From positions 25,618 to 89,617 of the forward strand of contig JAJZVC010000003.1 of the NCBI GenBank assembly GCA_021845865.1: a DNA stretch of 64,000 nt, read 5' to 3'. A program made the translations under genes and the position numbers. This document shows positions 37,526 through 48,779 of the stretch, one piece after another. Source of the DNA: Pseudomonadota bacterium (GTDB lineage: Bacteria; Pseudomonadota; Gammaproteobacteria; Burkholderiales; UBA9220). A model generated the notes under the pieces. That model searched no databases. It saw only the letters and a program-made list of their open reading frames with translations, and was not told the DNA's origin. The first letter of the stretch is position 1, and each line of letters opens with the position of its first letter.

Positions 37526-38412
37526 ACCCGGCCCAATCGAATCTGGTCGTCCTTTTCGCCGACATCAGCAACAGCACCCGGCTCTACGAAACCCTGGGGG
37601 ACCACGCCGCCCTGCAGCTCATCGACCGCTGCCTGACCACTCTCAAGGGCCTGGCGCAGAAATTCGGCGGCCGCACCATCAAGACCATCGGCGACGAAAT
37701 CATGTGCGTCTTCCCCACGGCGGAGGCAGGCCTCCAGGCTGCTTCCGAAATGCAGGTCACCATTTCCAAGGAGCCGCCCCAAGGCAGCATCCGGCTCGCC
37801 GTGCGCATCGCCTTCCACTACGGCCTGGTGATCGAGGAAGACGGCGACGTCTTCGGCGACACCGTCAACGTGGCCGCCCGCCTGGGCGATCTGGCCAAGG
37901 CGGAGCAGATTCTCACCAGCCAGCAGACAGTGGATGCCCTGCCCGCCTACTTGCGCCTCGGCATCCGCCCCGTGGGCACCCTGCCCCTCAAGGGCAAACA
38001 GGAAGACGTCCAGGTGTGCGAAGCGATCTGGCAGTTCGGCGACGACCTCACCATGATGCAGGGACGAATCCCCGCCCCGGCCAAGGCGGCGGGCAAATTC
38101 AGGCTCACCCTCGGCGACCGGGAGTGGCGGCTGGACGACAGCCACGACGCCTTGACCGTCGGCCGCGACGCCCACAGCGACGTGGTGGTGGCGAACAAGA
38201 TGGCCTCCCGCCAGCACGCGCGCATCGAGCGGCGGCGGGAAAAAATCGTCCTGGTGGACGTCAGCACCAACGGCACTTTCGTCACCCTCGACGGCACGGC
38301 GGAAATGCTGGTGCGGCGCGAGGAAATGCTGCTCCACGGCGCCGGCACGCTGTGCTTCGGCCAAAGCGCCCACGATCCCGACAGCGAAGTGATGCGCTTC
38401 TCCTGCGACTAA
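37522..38412 (+). CDS. class III adenylate cyclase fused to an FHA domain
   Basis: 296 aa. Cyclase motifs are VLFADISNST, IKTIGDEIMCVF, GDVFGDTVNVAARL and PLKGK. FHA motifs are TVGRD...SRQHARI...STNGTFV. The ATG overlaps the upstream stop (ATGA). Confidence 0.8.
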   Translation: MNPAQSNLVVLFADISNSTRLYETLGDHAALQLIDRCLTTLKGLAQKFGGRTIKTIGDEIMCVFPTAEAGLQAASEMQVTISKEPPQGSIRLAVRIAFHYGLVIEEDGDVFGDTVNVAARLGDLAKAEQILTSQQTVDALPAYLRLGIRPVGTLPLKGKQEDVQVCEAIWQFGDDLTMMQGRIPAPAKAAGKFRLTLGDREWRLDDSHDALTVGRDAHSDVVVANKMASRQHARIERRREKIVLVDVSTNGTFVTLDGTAEMLVRREEMLLHGAGTLCFGQSAHDPDSEVMRFSCD

Positions 38413-38430
38413 GCTCCTCGCGCCAAAACG

Positions 38431-38463
38431 AAAAAACGCCGCGGCATGCCGCGGCGTTTTTTT
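38431..38463. terminator. bidirectional rho-independent terminator
   Basis: AAAAAACGCCGCGG-CATG-CCGCGGCGTTTTTTT: a 9-bp perfect GC stem with an A-run and a T-run. It sits between the convergent cyclase-FHA and typA genes. Confidence 0.85.
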
Positions 38464-38481
38464 CGCTCCTGCCCTACCCGG

Positions 38482-40299
<1,818 letters not shown>

Positions 40300-40602
40300 G
40301 GAGATTTCCTGGGATGCGAAAAGGGCGAGATTCTAACATATTTCGCTGGCTTTTCTGATGAATTTCAGTATAATCCGCTCCTCTCGGTGAAATACCGAGG
40401 TTCATCGCTCCCTGACCTTCCCTGATTCGGCACTGTCCTGAATCAACTCTTGTTTCGGTTGGCGACGATGCGGCCCCTCTGACAGGGGCTCTAGATGTGC
40501 GCCAGAATACCGGAACAATCCCGTTCCACGCTTGCGCTTTTTCAATTTGCGGCCATCCGCCATTTGGAGCGGAACGGGGCCGTTGTTTTTCAGGAATCAC
40601 GA

Positions 40603-41913
40603 ATGACTTTTGCCGAACTGAACCTCCATCCCTCCATCCTCAAGGCCCTGGCCGAATGCGGCTACACCGAGCCGACGCCGATCCAGGCCCAGGCCATTCC
40701 CGAAGCCCTGGCCGGCCGCGACCTGATGGCCTCCGCCCAGACAGGCACCGGCAAGACCGCCGCCTTCATGCTGCCCGCCATGCAGCGCCTGGCCACCCCC
40801 TCCCCGGTGAAAAGCCGCGGTCCCCGCGTGCTGGTGCTGACCCCCACCCGGGAACTGGCCACCCAGGTGTCCGACGCCGCCTTCAAGTACAGCAAGTACC
40901 TGCCCAAGGTGAAGACCGTCAGCATCCTCGGCGGCATGCCCTATCCGTTGCAGAACAAGCTGCTGTCCCAGCCCGTGGAGGTCCTGGTGGCCACCCCCGG
41001 CCGCCTGATCGACCACATCGAGCGTGGCCGCATCGATTTCTCCCGCCTGGAGATGGTGGTCCTGGACGAAGCCGACCGCATGCTGGACATGGGCTTCCTC
41101 GAGGACGTGGAAACCATCCTCAAGGCCACCCCGGCCAGCCGCCAGGTGCTGCTGTTCTCCGCCACCTTCGAGGGCTCCGTGGCCAAGCTGGCCGAGAACA
41201 TGCTGAAGGAGCCCGTCCGCATCCAGATCGCCGCCCAGAAGGCCCGTCACGAGAATATCGAGCAGCGCCTCCACGTGGTGGACGACATGGAGCACAAGAA
41301 CAAGCTGCTGGAATATCTGCTGGCGGACACCGAAATCTCCCAGGCCATCGTCTTCACCTCCACCAAGCGCGACGCCGACGACCTGGCCGGCTACCTCTAC
41401 GACCTGGGTCACCACTCCGCCGCCCTTCACGGCGACATGAACCAGCGGGAGCGCAACCGCACCCTGACTCAGCTGCGCCGCGGCGCCGTGCGGGTGCTGG
41501 TGGCCACCGACGTGGCCGCCCGGGGCATCGACGTGCCCGGCATCAGCCACGTCATCAACTACGACCTGCCCAAGTTCGCCGAGGACTACGTCCACCGCAT
41601 CGGCCGCACCGGTCGCGCCGGCGCCTCGGGCATCGCCGTGTCCTTCGCCAGCAACCGGGACGGCATGCACCTCAAGCGCATCGAGCGCTTCATCGGCCTG
41701 GAAATCCCCCGCCACACCATCGCCGGTCTGGAGCCAAAGCGGCCCCTGCGCGCCGAGCCCAAGCCCGGCGGCAAGCGCTTCGGCGGCAAGCCCTCCTACG
41801 GCAACAAGAACGGCGGCGCCGGCAAGCCCCGCAACGAGGGCTACAGCCACTCCCGCGCCCTGCCCCGCCACGGGGAAGGCAAGGGCGGCCACAAGAAGCA
41901 CGCGCCCCGCTGA
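40603..41913 (+). CDS. rhlE: DEAD-box ATP-dependent RNA helicase (RhlE type)
   Basis: Q-motif [33 protein letters not shown] and [10 protein letters not shown], plus a basic Gly/Lys-rich C-tail. The start was moved to the ATG at 40603 (MTFAELNL). Confidence 0.9.
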   Translation: MTFAELNLHPSILKALAECGYTEPTPIQAQAIPEALAGRDLMASAQTGTGKTAAFMLPAMQRLATPSPVKSRGPRVLVLTPTRELATQVSDAAFKYSKYLPKVKTVSILGGMPYPLQNKLLSQPVEVLVATPGRLIDHIERGRIDFSRLEMVVLDEADRMLDMGFLEDVETILKATPASRQVLLFSATFEGSVAKLAENMLKEPVRIQIAAQKARHENIEQRLHVVDDMEHKNKLLEYLLADTEISQAIVFTSTKRDADDLAGYLYDLGHHSAALHGDMNQRERNRTLTQLRRGAVRVLVATDVAARGIDVPGISHVINYDLPKFAEDYVHRIGRTGRAGASGIAVSFASNRDGMHLKRIERFIGLEIPRHTIAGLEPKRPLRAEPKPGGKRFGGKPSYGNKNGGAGKPRNEGYSHSRALPRHGEGKGGHKKHAPR

Positions 41914-41926
41914 ACGGCGGCGCAAT

Positions 41927-41961
41927 GAAAAAAGCCACGGATTTCTCCGTGGCTTTTTTTC
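41927..41961. terminator. bidirectional rho-independent terminator
   Basis: AAAAAAGCCACGG-ATTTCT-CCGTGGCTTTTTTT, between the convergent rhlE and the secreted hypothetical gene. Confidence 0.8.
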
Positions 41962-41972
41962 TGCCCGCGTGC

Positions 41973-43067
41973 TCAGTTGCCGAAGAGGCCCTTGATGCCT
42001 TTCACCAGTCCCCCACCCCCCGGCACCACGGAGTCCGCCGCGGCGCCTTCCGCCGCGTCGCGGGCGCCGGGCATGCCCAGCATCACGTTGTCGTAGCCGG
42101 TCACCCGCACTTTCGCCGTCCACACCAGGGGCTTTTTCTCCCCGGGCTTCTGGGGCGGATAGGCAAAGCTCTGGCTCGGCCCGACCACTTCACCCGTGAC
42201 CATGGCCCCCTGGGCCTTCTGGAAAATACCCGCCGGGATGGTACAGGTGGTTTGGCTGCCCGGCAGCATGGGCGTCCTGTTCTTGGCTGCCATCCAGATA
42301 ATGACCTCCTTGTCGTTCGCGGCGCCCACCGCGTTCAGATTGAAGCCCTTGGCCCGCGGCAAGGATGCCCATTGCAGGGGAATCGCCGCCTTGAGATCGG
42401 AGGCGCTGGCTTTCAGGTTCATGGGTTCCATGAAATCCATCTCCTTGCCCAGGGTGTAGCGGATGTCCTGCTCCATGAAGCTGGCCTTGACCTGATGCTC
42501 GCCCACGGCGGAGGCGTTGTCCGGGATGCCGCTGAATCCCTTGTCGCCGTAGGGCCACCACAGGGTGCGGGGCGGCAAGGTTTCGCCGTCTCCTCCCTTG
42601 CCGCCGCGGCTTTGCCGCGCCATGGCCGCCACCTCCGGCGACACCCGGCTGCCCATGGCCTTGATGTCCAGCACCTCCGGCTGCCCTTTGGCCACCGTGG
42701 CGCCGCAGCCCCAATAGATCAGCACCTTGCCCTCGCCACGTTCCGCCTCCTGGGAGCCGGTTCCGCCACCACGCCTTTCCCCTTTCAACGGCAGGGAGGG
42801 GCCGATGCGCATCCCCTCCGGCACGACATGCTCGGCCTGGTAACCGGAGGGAATGTCCGCCGGGTTGGTCAAGCGCAAATCCATCTGTTTGGATACGCTG
42901 CTGCCGCCGCCGAACATCGCCCCCATCATTCCCACCGCCCCTCCCGCCCCCATGCCGGAATAGGTGCGCAAGTTCATTTCATAGCTCACCGGCGCCGCCA
43001 CCGCCGCGTTCCCCCAAGCCCCCCAACACAAGGCGGCCAACAAGACCCCAAGCTTGCTCGAATTCAT
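41973..43067 (-). CDS. hypothetical secreted protein
   Basis: The start is set at the ATG at 43067, with GGGAGGGG upstream. The signal peptide is [27 protein letters not shown] Gly/Met-rich stretch ([20 protein letters not shown]) and a Gly-rich C-terminus are present. I recognise no family motif. Confidence 0.6.
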   Translation of the reverse strand: MNSSKLGVLLAALCWGAWGNAAVAAPVSYEMNLRTYSGMGAGGAVGMMGAMFGGGSSVSKQMDLRLTNPADIPSGYQAEHVVPEGMRIGPSLPLKGERRGGGTGSQEAERGEGKVLIYWGCGATVAKGQPEVLDIKAMGSRVSPEVAAMARQSRGGKGGDGETLPPRTLWWPYGDKGFSGIPDNASAVGEHQVKASFMEQDIRYTLGKEMDFMEPMNLKASASDLKAAIPLQWASLPRAKGFNLNAVGAANDKEVIIWMAAKNRTPMLPGSQTTCTIPAGIFQKAQGAMVTGEVVGPSQSFAYPPQKPGEKKPLVWTAKVRVTGYDNVMLGMPGARDAAEGAAADSVVPGGGGLVKGIKGLFGN

Positions 43068-43193
43068 TTCCCCTCCCGGATCAGAAAAATACCCATACAT
43101 CATAGACCTGCCACGGCAAAAGGGAATACGCAGATTCCGCAGCCACGGCTCCCTTTATGCTGTGGTAAATTGTCCGGCCAGAAGGAGGATTTC

Positions 43194-44384
43194 ATGTATT
43201 TGCCCGCTTTTTCCATCGCCCGCCTGCCCCGCATCGAGTTCGGCTGCGGCGCCCTGAACAAACTCCCCGCCCTTCTCGCCCCCCACGGCCGGAGGCTGCT
43301 GATCGTCACCGGCGGCCGCTCCTTCACCCAAACGCCCCACTGGGAACGTTTGTCCCGCTCGCTGGAGGAACAGGGCTTTGGCTGGGAACTGTGCCGCGTT
43401 GACGGCGAACCCTCGCCGCAGCTGGTGGACCAGGCAGTGGCCCAGTTCAGGAATCAAGGCATCGAAGCGGTGCTCGGCATCGGCGGCGGCAGCGTGCTGG
43501 ATGCGGCCAAGGCCATCGCGGGGCTATTGAAGCCCGGCAACTCGGTGATGGACCACCTGGAGGGGGTGGGCCCGGAGCTCCCCTATCTGGGCCCCGCCAC
43601 CCCCTTCATCGCCGTCCCCACCACCGCCGGCACCGGCTCGGAGGCCACCAAGAACGCGGTGCTCTCCACCCACGGCGAAAACGGCTTCAAGAAATCCTTC
43701 CGCGACGAGCAGCTGGTGCCCCAGTACGCGGTGGTGGACCCGGACCTGCTGGCCTCCTGCCCGCCGGAGCTCATCGCCGCCAACGGCATGGACGCCCTGA
43801 CTCAGCTTCTGGAGGCCTACGTTTCCACCCGCGCCAATCCCTTCACCGACGCCCTGGCCCTGGACGGCATCAAGGCGGCGCGGGACGGGCTGCTGGCGTG
43901 GCACGGCCAGGCGGAAGACGCCGCCGCCGGGCGGGAAAAAATGGCCTACGCCGCCCTGCTGTCGGGCATCTGCCTCGCCCAGACCGGTCTCGGTTCGGTC
44001 CACGGCCTCGCCGCTCCCCTCGGCGCCTTCTTCCCCATTCCCCACGGCGTGGCCTGCGGCACCCTGCTGGCGGAAGCCACCAAGGCCAACATCGACCTGA
44101 TGGAAGCCCGGGAGCCAGGCAACCCGGCCTTGGCGAAATACGCCCACGTCGGCCGCCTGTTCCGGGGCCGCACCCACGTGGACGAAGTGGGCGCCCGGGT
44201 ATTCCTGGTGCACGTCTTGAAAGAATGGACGGAACAACTGAATTTGCCGCGGCTTTCCACCTACGGCATGGCGGAGGCTGATATTCCCCGGGTGGTCGCC
44301 AATTGCCGCGGCAGCAGCATGAAGACCAATCCCATCGTGCTCTCCGACGACGAGGTCGCCTCCCTGCTGCGGAAGCGGCTCTAG
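43194..44384 (+). CDS. iron-containing (group III) alcohol dehydrogenase
   Basis: 396 aa, forming the last part of the artefactual 1295-aa track ORF. GAAGGAGGA precedes the ATG at 43194. Motifs are GIGGGSVLDAAKAI, PTTAGTGSEAT and HGLAAPLG. Confidence 0.85.
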   Translation: MYLPAFSIARLPRIEFGCGALNKLPALLAPHGRRLLIVTGGRSFTQTPHWERLSRSLEEQGFGWELCRVDGEPSPQLVDQAVAQFRNQGIEAVLGIGGGSVLDAAKAIAGLLKPGNSVMDHLEGVGPELPYLGPATPFIAVPTTAGTGSEATKNAVLSTHGENGFKKSFRDEQLVPQYAVVDPDLLASCPPELIAANGMDALTQLLEAYVSTRANPFTDALALDGIKAARDGLLAWHGQAEDAAAGREKMAYAALLSGICLAQTGLGSVHGLAAPLGAFFPIPHGVACGTLLAEATKANIDLMEAREPGNPALAKYAHVGRLFRGRTHVDEVGARVFLVHVLKEWTEQLNLPRLSTYGMAEADIPRVVANCRGSSMKTNPIVLSDDEVASLLRKRL

Positions 44385-44389
44385 GCGCC

Positions 44390-44806
44390 CTACTCCGCCT
44401 GCATCCCGCGCCCTCTCTTGACCTCGGCCCGCTGGCGCTTGGACTTCAGGCGCCGCTCCCGGGACGCCTTGGTGGGCCGGGTGGCCACGCGGGGCCGGGG
44501 TTGCTCGCTGGCCCGGCGGATCAAATCCACCAGCCGCCCGAGGGCATCCTGGCGATTGCGTTCCTGGGTGCGGAAGCGCTTCGCCTCGATGACGACCTCG
44601 CCCTCCGCCGTCAGGCGGTTTCCCGCCAGTTGCAGCAGACGGTCCCGCACCTCTTCCGGCAGGCTCGGCGAATGGGCCGCGTCGAAGCGCAGCTGTACCG
44701 CCGTCGCCACCTTGTTGACGTTCTGCCCCCCCGGGCCGGAAGCGCGGATGAAACGCAGCATTATCTCGTCATCAGCCAGGGCAATCTGCGACGTGACCCG
44801 GATCAT
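44390..44806 (-). CDS. arfB: alternative ribosome-rescue factor ArfB (peptidyl-tRNA hydrolase)
   Basis: 138 aa with the GGQ motif (ASGPGGQNVNKV) and a basic C-terminal tail. Confidence 0.9.
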   Translation of the reverse strand: MIRVTSQIALADDEIMLRFIRASGPGGQNVNKVATAVQLRFDAAHSPSLPEEVRDRLLQLAGNRLTAEGEVVIEAKRFRTQERNRQDALGRLVDLIRRASEQPRPRVATRPTKASRERRLKSKRQRAEVKRGRGMQAE

Positions 44807-44830
44807 GATGCCGCCCGAGGGGAAGGGTCC

Positions 44831-46153
44831 CTAGCGGTGCCGCCCGCCCGAGCGGTGGGCGGCGGAACTCCGCGTCACACCTGCATTGCCAGCCCCCTGC
44901 CCGCCGCGAGGCTTTCCCTGCCCCTGGCCGCTTCGGTTGGCGGAAGGAGCGCCGCGCCGCTGCTGGCCCTGGCCTCGCCCCATGAGGATGGGCTCGGGTT
45001 TGGCGTTGAGGTCGGGCTCGAAGCCGGGAACGATTTCCTTCGGCAGCTGGCGCTTGATGAGTTTCTCGATGTCGGCGAGGAACTTGTTCTCGTCCACGCA
45101 CACCAGGGACACCGCCTCGCCCTCGCAGCCGGCGCGGCCGGTGCGGCCGATGCGGTGGACGTAGTCCTCGGGCACGTTGGGCAGTTCGTAGTTCACCACA
45201 TGGGGCAGTTCGCTGATGTCGATGCCCCGGGCGGCGATGTCCGTGGCCACCAGCACCTGCAGGTCGCCGCTCTTGAATTCCCCCAGGGCCCGGGTGCGGG
45301 CGGACTGGCTCTTGTTGCCGTGGATGGCGAGGGCGCTGATGCCATCCTTGGCAAGCTGCTCCGCCAGCCGGTTGGCGCCGTGCTTGGTGCGGGTGAACAC
45401 CAGCACCTGGTGCCAGTTATGGGCCTCGATCAGGTGGGCCAGCAGCTGGCGTTTCTTGTCCCGGTCCACCAGATAAACCTTCTGCGCCACCGTATCGGCG
45501 GTGGCGTTGCGCCGGGCCACCTCGATCAGGGCAGGCTTGTCGAGCAGGCCGTCGGCCAGGGTCTTGATCTCGTCGGAGAAGGTGGCGGAGAAGAGCAGGT
45601 TCTGGCGCTGTTTCGGCAGCAGGGCGAGGATTTTCTTGATGTCGCGGATGAAGCCCATGTCCAGCATGCGGTCGGCCTCGTCCAGGACCAGGATTTCCAC
45701 CTTCGACAGGTCCAGGGTGCCCTGCTGCACGTGGTCCAGCAAGCGGCCGGGGGTGGCCACCAGGATATCGACGCGGCTTCTCAAGCGGGTGATCTGGGGG
45801 TTGATGCCGACGCCGCCGAACATCACCATGGAGCTGAGCTTGAGGTACTTGCCGTACTCGCGCACGCTCTCCTCCACCTGGGCGGCCAGTTCCCGGGTGG
45901 GGGTAAGAATCAGGGCCCTGATCGGCGGCCGTCCGCTGGAGGGCCCTTTGACGCTCTTGTCGGACAGGCGGTGGAGAATCGGCAGGGTGAAGCCGGCGGT
46001 CTTGCCGGTGCCGGTCTGGGCGCCGGCCAACAGGTCGCCGCCGGAAAGGATGGCGGGAATGGCCTGGGCCTGGATCGGCGTGGGTTCGGTGTAGCCCCGT
46101 TCGGTGACGGCGCGGACGATTTCTTCGGACAAGCCGAGGGCGGAGAAAGTCAT
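44831..46153 (-). CDS. DEAD-box ATP-dependent RNA helicase (second RhlE-type paralogue)
   Basis: [30 protein letters not shown] and [10 protein letters not shown], plus an Arg/Gly/Gln-rich tail. The start is set at the ATG at 46153 (MTFSALGL). Confidence 0.9.
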   Translation of the reverse strand: MTFSALGLSEEIVRAVTERGYTEPTPIQAQAIPAILSGGDLLAGAQTGTGKTAGFTLPILHRLSDKSVKGPSSGRPPIRALILTPTRELAAQVEESVREYGKYLKLSSMVMFGGVGINPQITRLRSRVDILVATPGRLLDHVQQGTLDLSKVEILVLDEADRMLDMGFIRDIKKILALLPKQRQNLLFSATFSDEIKTLADGLLDKPALIEVARRNATADTVAQKVYLVDRDKKRQLLAHLIEAHNWHQVLVFTRTKHGANRLAEQLAKDGISALAIHGNKSQSARTRALGEFKSGDLQVLVATDIAARGIDISELPHVVNYELPNVPEDYVHRIGRTGRAGCEGEAVSLVCVDENKFLADIEKLIKRQLPKEIVPGFEPDLNAKPEPILMGRGQGQQRRGAPSANRSGQGQGKPRGGQGAGNAGVTRSSAAHRSGGRHR

Positions 46154-46313
46154 GGATATCCTATAACACATCGGCCTGTCGCCTTGATCGGCGCCAGTCT
46201 TAGGCAGACGAGGGGGTAAGTGGAGAGGCTGCGGCGCGAAGACTGGAACAGATGCCGCAGGGGCGTATTGTAGCAGAGGACGGGGCGGGAAGGCTTAAAT
46301 CCCCGTCTCCGAG

Positions 46314-46730
46314 CTAGGAATGGGCCGTGGCCCCTGTCGTGCAGCGGTAGATTTCCTCCGCCACCTGTTCGGGGAAAAAGGGCTTGGTGATATAGCCATT
46401 CACCCCGATTTCGGCGGCCTGGCCGCGGGTTTCCTCGTCCGAATGGGCGGTCAGGATGATGACCGGGGTGCCGGGACTGAGGGCCTTGATCTCCCGGGCC
46501 AGTTCCAAGCCGTTCATCACGGGCATTTGCACGTCGGTCAGCACCACATCGTAGGCATTGGCACGGAACAGTTCCAGACCGGCCTTGCCATTGGCCGCCA
46601 AATCCACCTGCTTGCAGCGGCGCTGCAGGTAATACGCCAGGGACTCCCGCGAGAAGTCGATATCCTCGACGCACAGGACGTTCAGGGTGCGGAGATGCTC
46701 GCGGTCATAATTGGGGGCCGTGATGGTCAT
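46314..46730 (-). CDS. stand-alone response-regulator receiver protein
   Basis: 138 aa reading VLCVEDIDFSR...VVLTDVQMPVMNG...LTAH...YITKPF. There is no output domain and no adjacent kinase. Confidence 0.85.
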   Translation of the reverse strand: MTITAPNYDREHLRTLNVLCVEDIDFSRESLAYYLQRRCKQVDLAANGKAGLELFRANAYDVVLTDVQMPVMNGLELAREIKALSPGTPVIILTAHSDEETRGQAAEIGVNGYITKPFFPEQVAEEIYRCTTGATAHS

Positions 46731-46807
46731 AGGAGTGTGTGTCCGATCTGCTTTTTTTCCATTCTACCGCCTGCGGGTGTTTTCACATAGCGGTGGAGAA
46801 AGACGCG

Positions 46808-47971
46808 CTACCGGCCGAGATGGGCACGCAGGCGGGCCACGCCTTCCCTGAGGTTTTCGAGGGAGGTGGTGTAGGCGAAGCGCACGTGGCGCTCCGGCTG
46901 GTTGCTGCCGAAATCCAGGCCCGGCGTGATCGCCACGCCCGCCCTGTCCAGCACGTCGAGCGCGAAGCCATGGCTGTCCTGGGTAAAGCGGCTGCAATCG
47001 GCATAGAGATAGAAGGCTCCCTGGGGTTCCAGCGGCAGGCCGAAACCCAGTTCCCGCAGGGCGGGCAGCAGATAATCCCGGCGCTGCCGCATTTCCTGCC
47101 GCCGTTGTTCCAATATGGCCAGGGTTTCCGGCTCGAAGGCCGCCAGCGCAGCATGCTGGGCGGGCGTGGGGGCGGCGATATAGAGATTCTGCTGCAGCGT
47201 GTCCGCGGCCCGGACATACTCCTGCGGCACCACCAGCCACCCCAGGCGCCAGCCCGTCATATTGAAGAACTTGGAGAAACTGTTGACGACGAAGGCCTCC
47301 TCGTTCACCTCCAGCACCGATGGGGCGTGTTCGCCGTAGGTGAGGCCATGGTAAATCTCGTCGACGATCAGCGTCCCCCCCAGCCTAGCCACCGTGGCGG
47401 AAATGGCTTTCAGCTCCTCGCCGGGCACGACGGTGCCGGTAGGGTTCGAGGGGGAGGCGAGCAGCACCGCCGCCGTCTCCGGGGACCAGTGGCATTCCAC
47501 CAGATCAGCCGTGAGCTGATAGGCGGTTTCCGGCCCTACCGGCACGCCCGCCGCTTCCGCGCCGACGAAGCGGGCGAAATGGCGGTTGCAAGGATAGCCC
47601 GGATCGGCAAGCAGCAGGCGCCGGCCGGGGTCCAGCAGCATTCCCGCCGCCAGCAGCAAGGCCGCCGAGGAGCCCGCGGTAACCACGATCCTTGCCGGCG
47701 AAACCTCTACGCCGTAGCGGTCGCCGTAATGGCGGGCGATAGCCTCCCGCAGGGCGGGAAGACCGAGGGCGGGGGTGTAGTGCATGGGCTCCTGGCGCAG
47801 GGCTCGCTGCGCTGCCGCCAGGATGGGCTCCGGGGTAGGGAAGTCCGGCTCGCCGATTTCCATGTGGACGATGGAGCGGCCGGCAGCCTCCAGTTGCCGC
47901 GCCTTGGCCAGCACCTCCATGACGTGGAAGGGCTGGATGCCGTCCAGCCGCTTGGCGAAGCGCCGTGGCAT
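46808..47971 (-). CDS. PLP-dependent aminotransferase, class I/II
   Basis: The start was moved to the ATG at 47971 (MPRRFAKRL...), which overlaps the arsC stop as ATGA. Motifs are HMEIGEPDF, NPTG and NSFSKFFNMTGWRLGW (PLP Lys). Confidence 0.85.
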   Translation of the reverse strand: MPRRFAKRLDGIQPFHVMEVLAKARQLEAAGRSIVHMEIGEPDFPTPEPILAAAQRALRQEPMHYTPALGLPALREAIARHYGDRYGVEVSPARIVVTAGSSAALLLAAGMLLDPGRRLLLADPGYPCNRHFARFVGAEAAGVPVGPETAYQLTADLVECHWSPETAAVLLASPSNPTGTVVPGEELKAISATVARLGGTLIVDEIYHGLTYGEHAPSVLEVNEEAFVVNSFSKFFNMTGWRLGWLVVPQEYVRAADTLQQNLYIAAPTPAQHAALAAFEPETLAILEQRRQEMRQRRDYLLPALRELGFGLPLEPQGAFYLYADCSRFTQDSHGFALDVLDRAGVAITPGLDFGSNQPERHVRFAYTTSLENLREGVARLRAHLGR

Positions 47972-48318
47972 CAGAGGATTTCCAGGACCGTTTCCGGCGG
48001 GCGGCCGATACGGGCCTTCCCCCCGGCGACGACGATGGGTCGTTCCATCAGCCTGGGATGGTCCGCCATCCACGCCAGCGCGGTGGCGTCATCGGGTTCG
48101 CCGTGCTGGGCAACCAGCTCCTGGTACAAGGCCTCCTTGGTCCGCAGCAAATCCTTGGCGCGGATGCCCAGCTGGCCGACGATTTGCTCCAGCTCCACCC
48201 GGGACAAGGGATGGTCGAGGTAAAGGCGCACGTCGGGCCTTATTCCCTGGGATTCGAGCAGCTTGAGGGTTTCGCGGCTCTTGCCGCAGCGGGGGTTGTG
48301 GATGATCTGCACGCTCAT
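47971..48318 (-). CDS. arsC: glutaredoxin-type arsenate reductase ArsC family protein
   Basis: 115 aa, collinear with R773 ArsC: IIHNPRCGKSR (catalytic Cys), ERPIVV and RIGRPPETVLEIL. Confidence 0.8.
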   Translation of the reverse strand: MSVQIIHNPRCGKSRETLKLLESQGIRPDVRLYLDHPLSRVELEQIVGQLGIRAKDLLRTKEALYQELVAQHGEPDDATALAWMADHPRLMERPIVVAGGKARIGRPPETVLEIL

Positions 48319-48363
48319 TGCGGGGCTCCCAATGGAAACCGGCCGCTGGTGCGGCCGGCAGGG

Positions 48364-48768
48364 TCATTTGACGATCTTGAGGCTGGGCCGGCCCTTGGGC
48401 GGCGGCGATAGGCCATCGTCCCTGTCGCTGGCCGCCTCCGGCTCGGGGCCCGTTCCTTCTCCGGTGGGGAAGAACAACCCCTGGCCGTTTTCCCGGGCAT
48501 AAATGCCCCCCACCGCCGACATGGGCACCTGGATTTCCCGCGCCACGCCGTTGAAGCGGGCGGAAAAGGTAATCATGTCGTTGCTGATGAGCAGGTTGCG
48601 GGAGGCGTTGGCGCTGACGTTGAGAACAATCTGGCCGTCCTTGACGAATTCCAGCGGCACCACGGTACGGCTGTCCACGGTAACGGACAGGTAGGGCGTA
48701 AAGCCCTGGTCGCTGCACCACTCGTGCACAGCGCGTACCAGGTAGGGCTTGATGGTCGGGTCGCTCAT
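48364..48768 (-). CDS. sspB: ClpXP adaptor SspB (stringent starvation protein B)
   Basis: The start is at the ATG at 48768. PYLVRAVHEWCSDQGFTPYL...LNVSANASRNLLI, with a C-terminal ClpX-binding-like tail (RPSLKIVK). It lies downstream of sspA. Confidence 0.9.
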   Translation of the reverse strand: MSDPTIKPYLVRAVHEWCSDQGFTPYLSVTVDSRTVVPLEFVKDGQIVLNVSANASRNLLISNDMITFSARFNGVAREIQVPMSAVGGIYARENGQGLFFPTGEGTGPEPEAASDRDDGLSPPPKGRPSLKIVK

Positions 48769-48779
48769 GACCGGTCGGC

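Noticed and set aside
40497-44384. A 1295-aa ORF, the longest in the track
   Set aside because: Only its last 396 codons (43194-44384, the Fe-alcohol dehydrogenase with its own SD) look like a protein. The first 900 codons are an off-frame read of rhlE and an antisense read of the secreted-protein gene. They are Arg/Pro/Gly/His-rich and motif-free, as expected for stop-poor GC-rich DNA.
44303-46219. 638-aa plus-strand ORF
   Set aside because: It is antisense to arfB and the second DEAD-box helicase.
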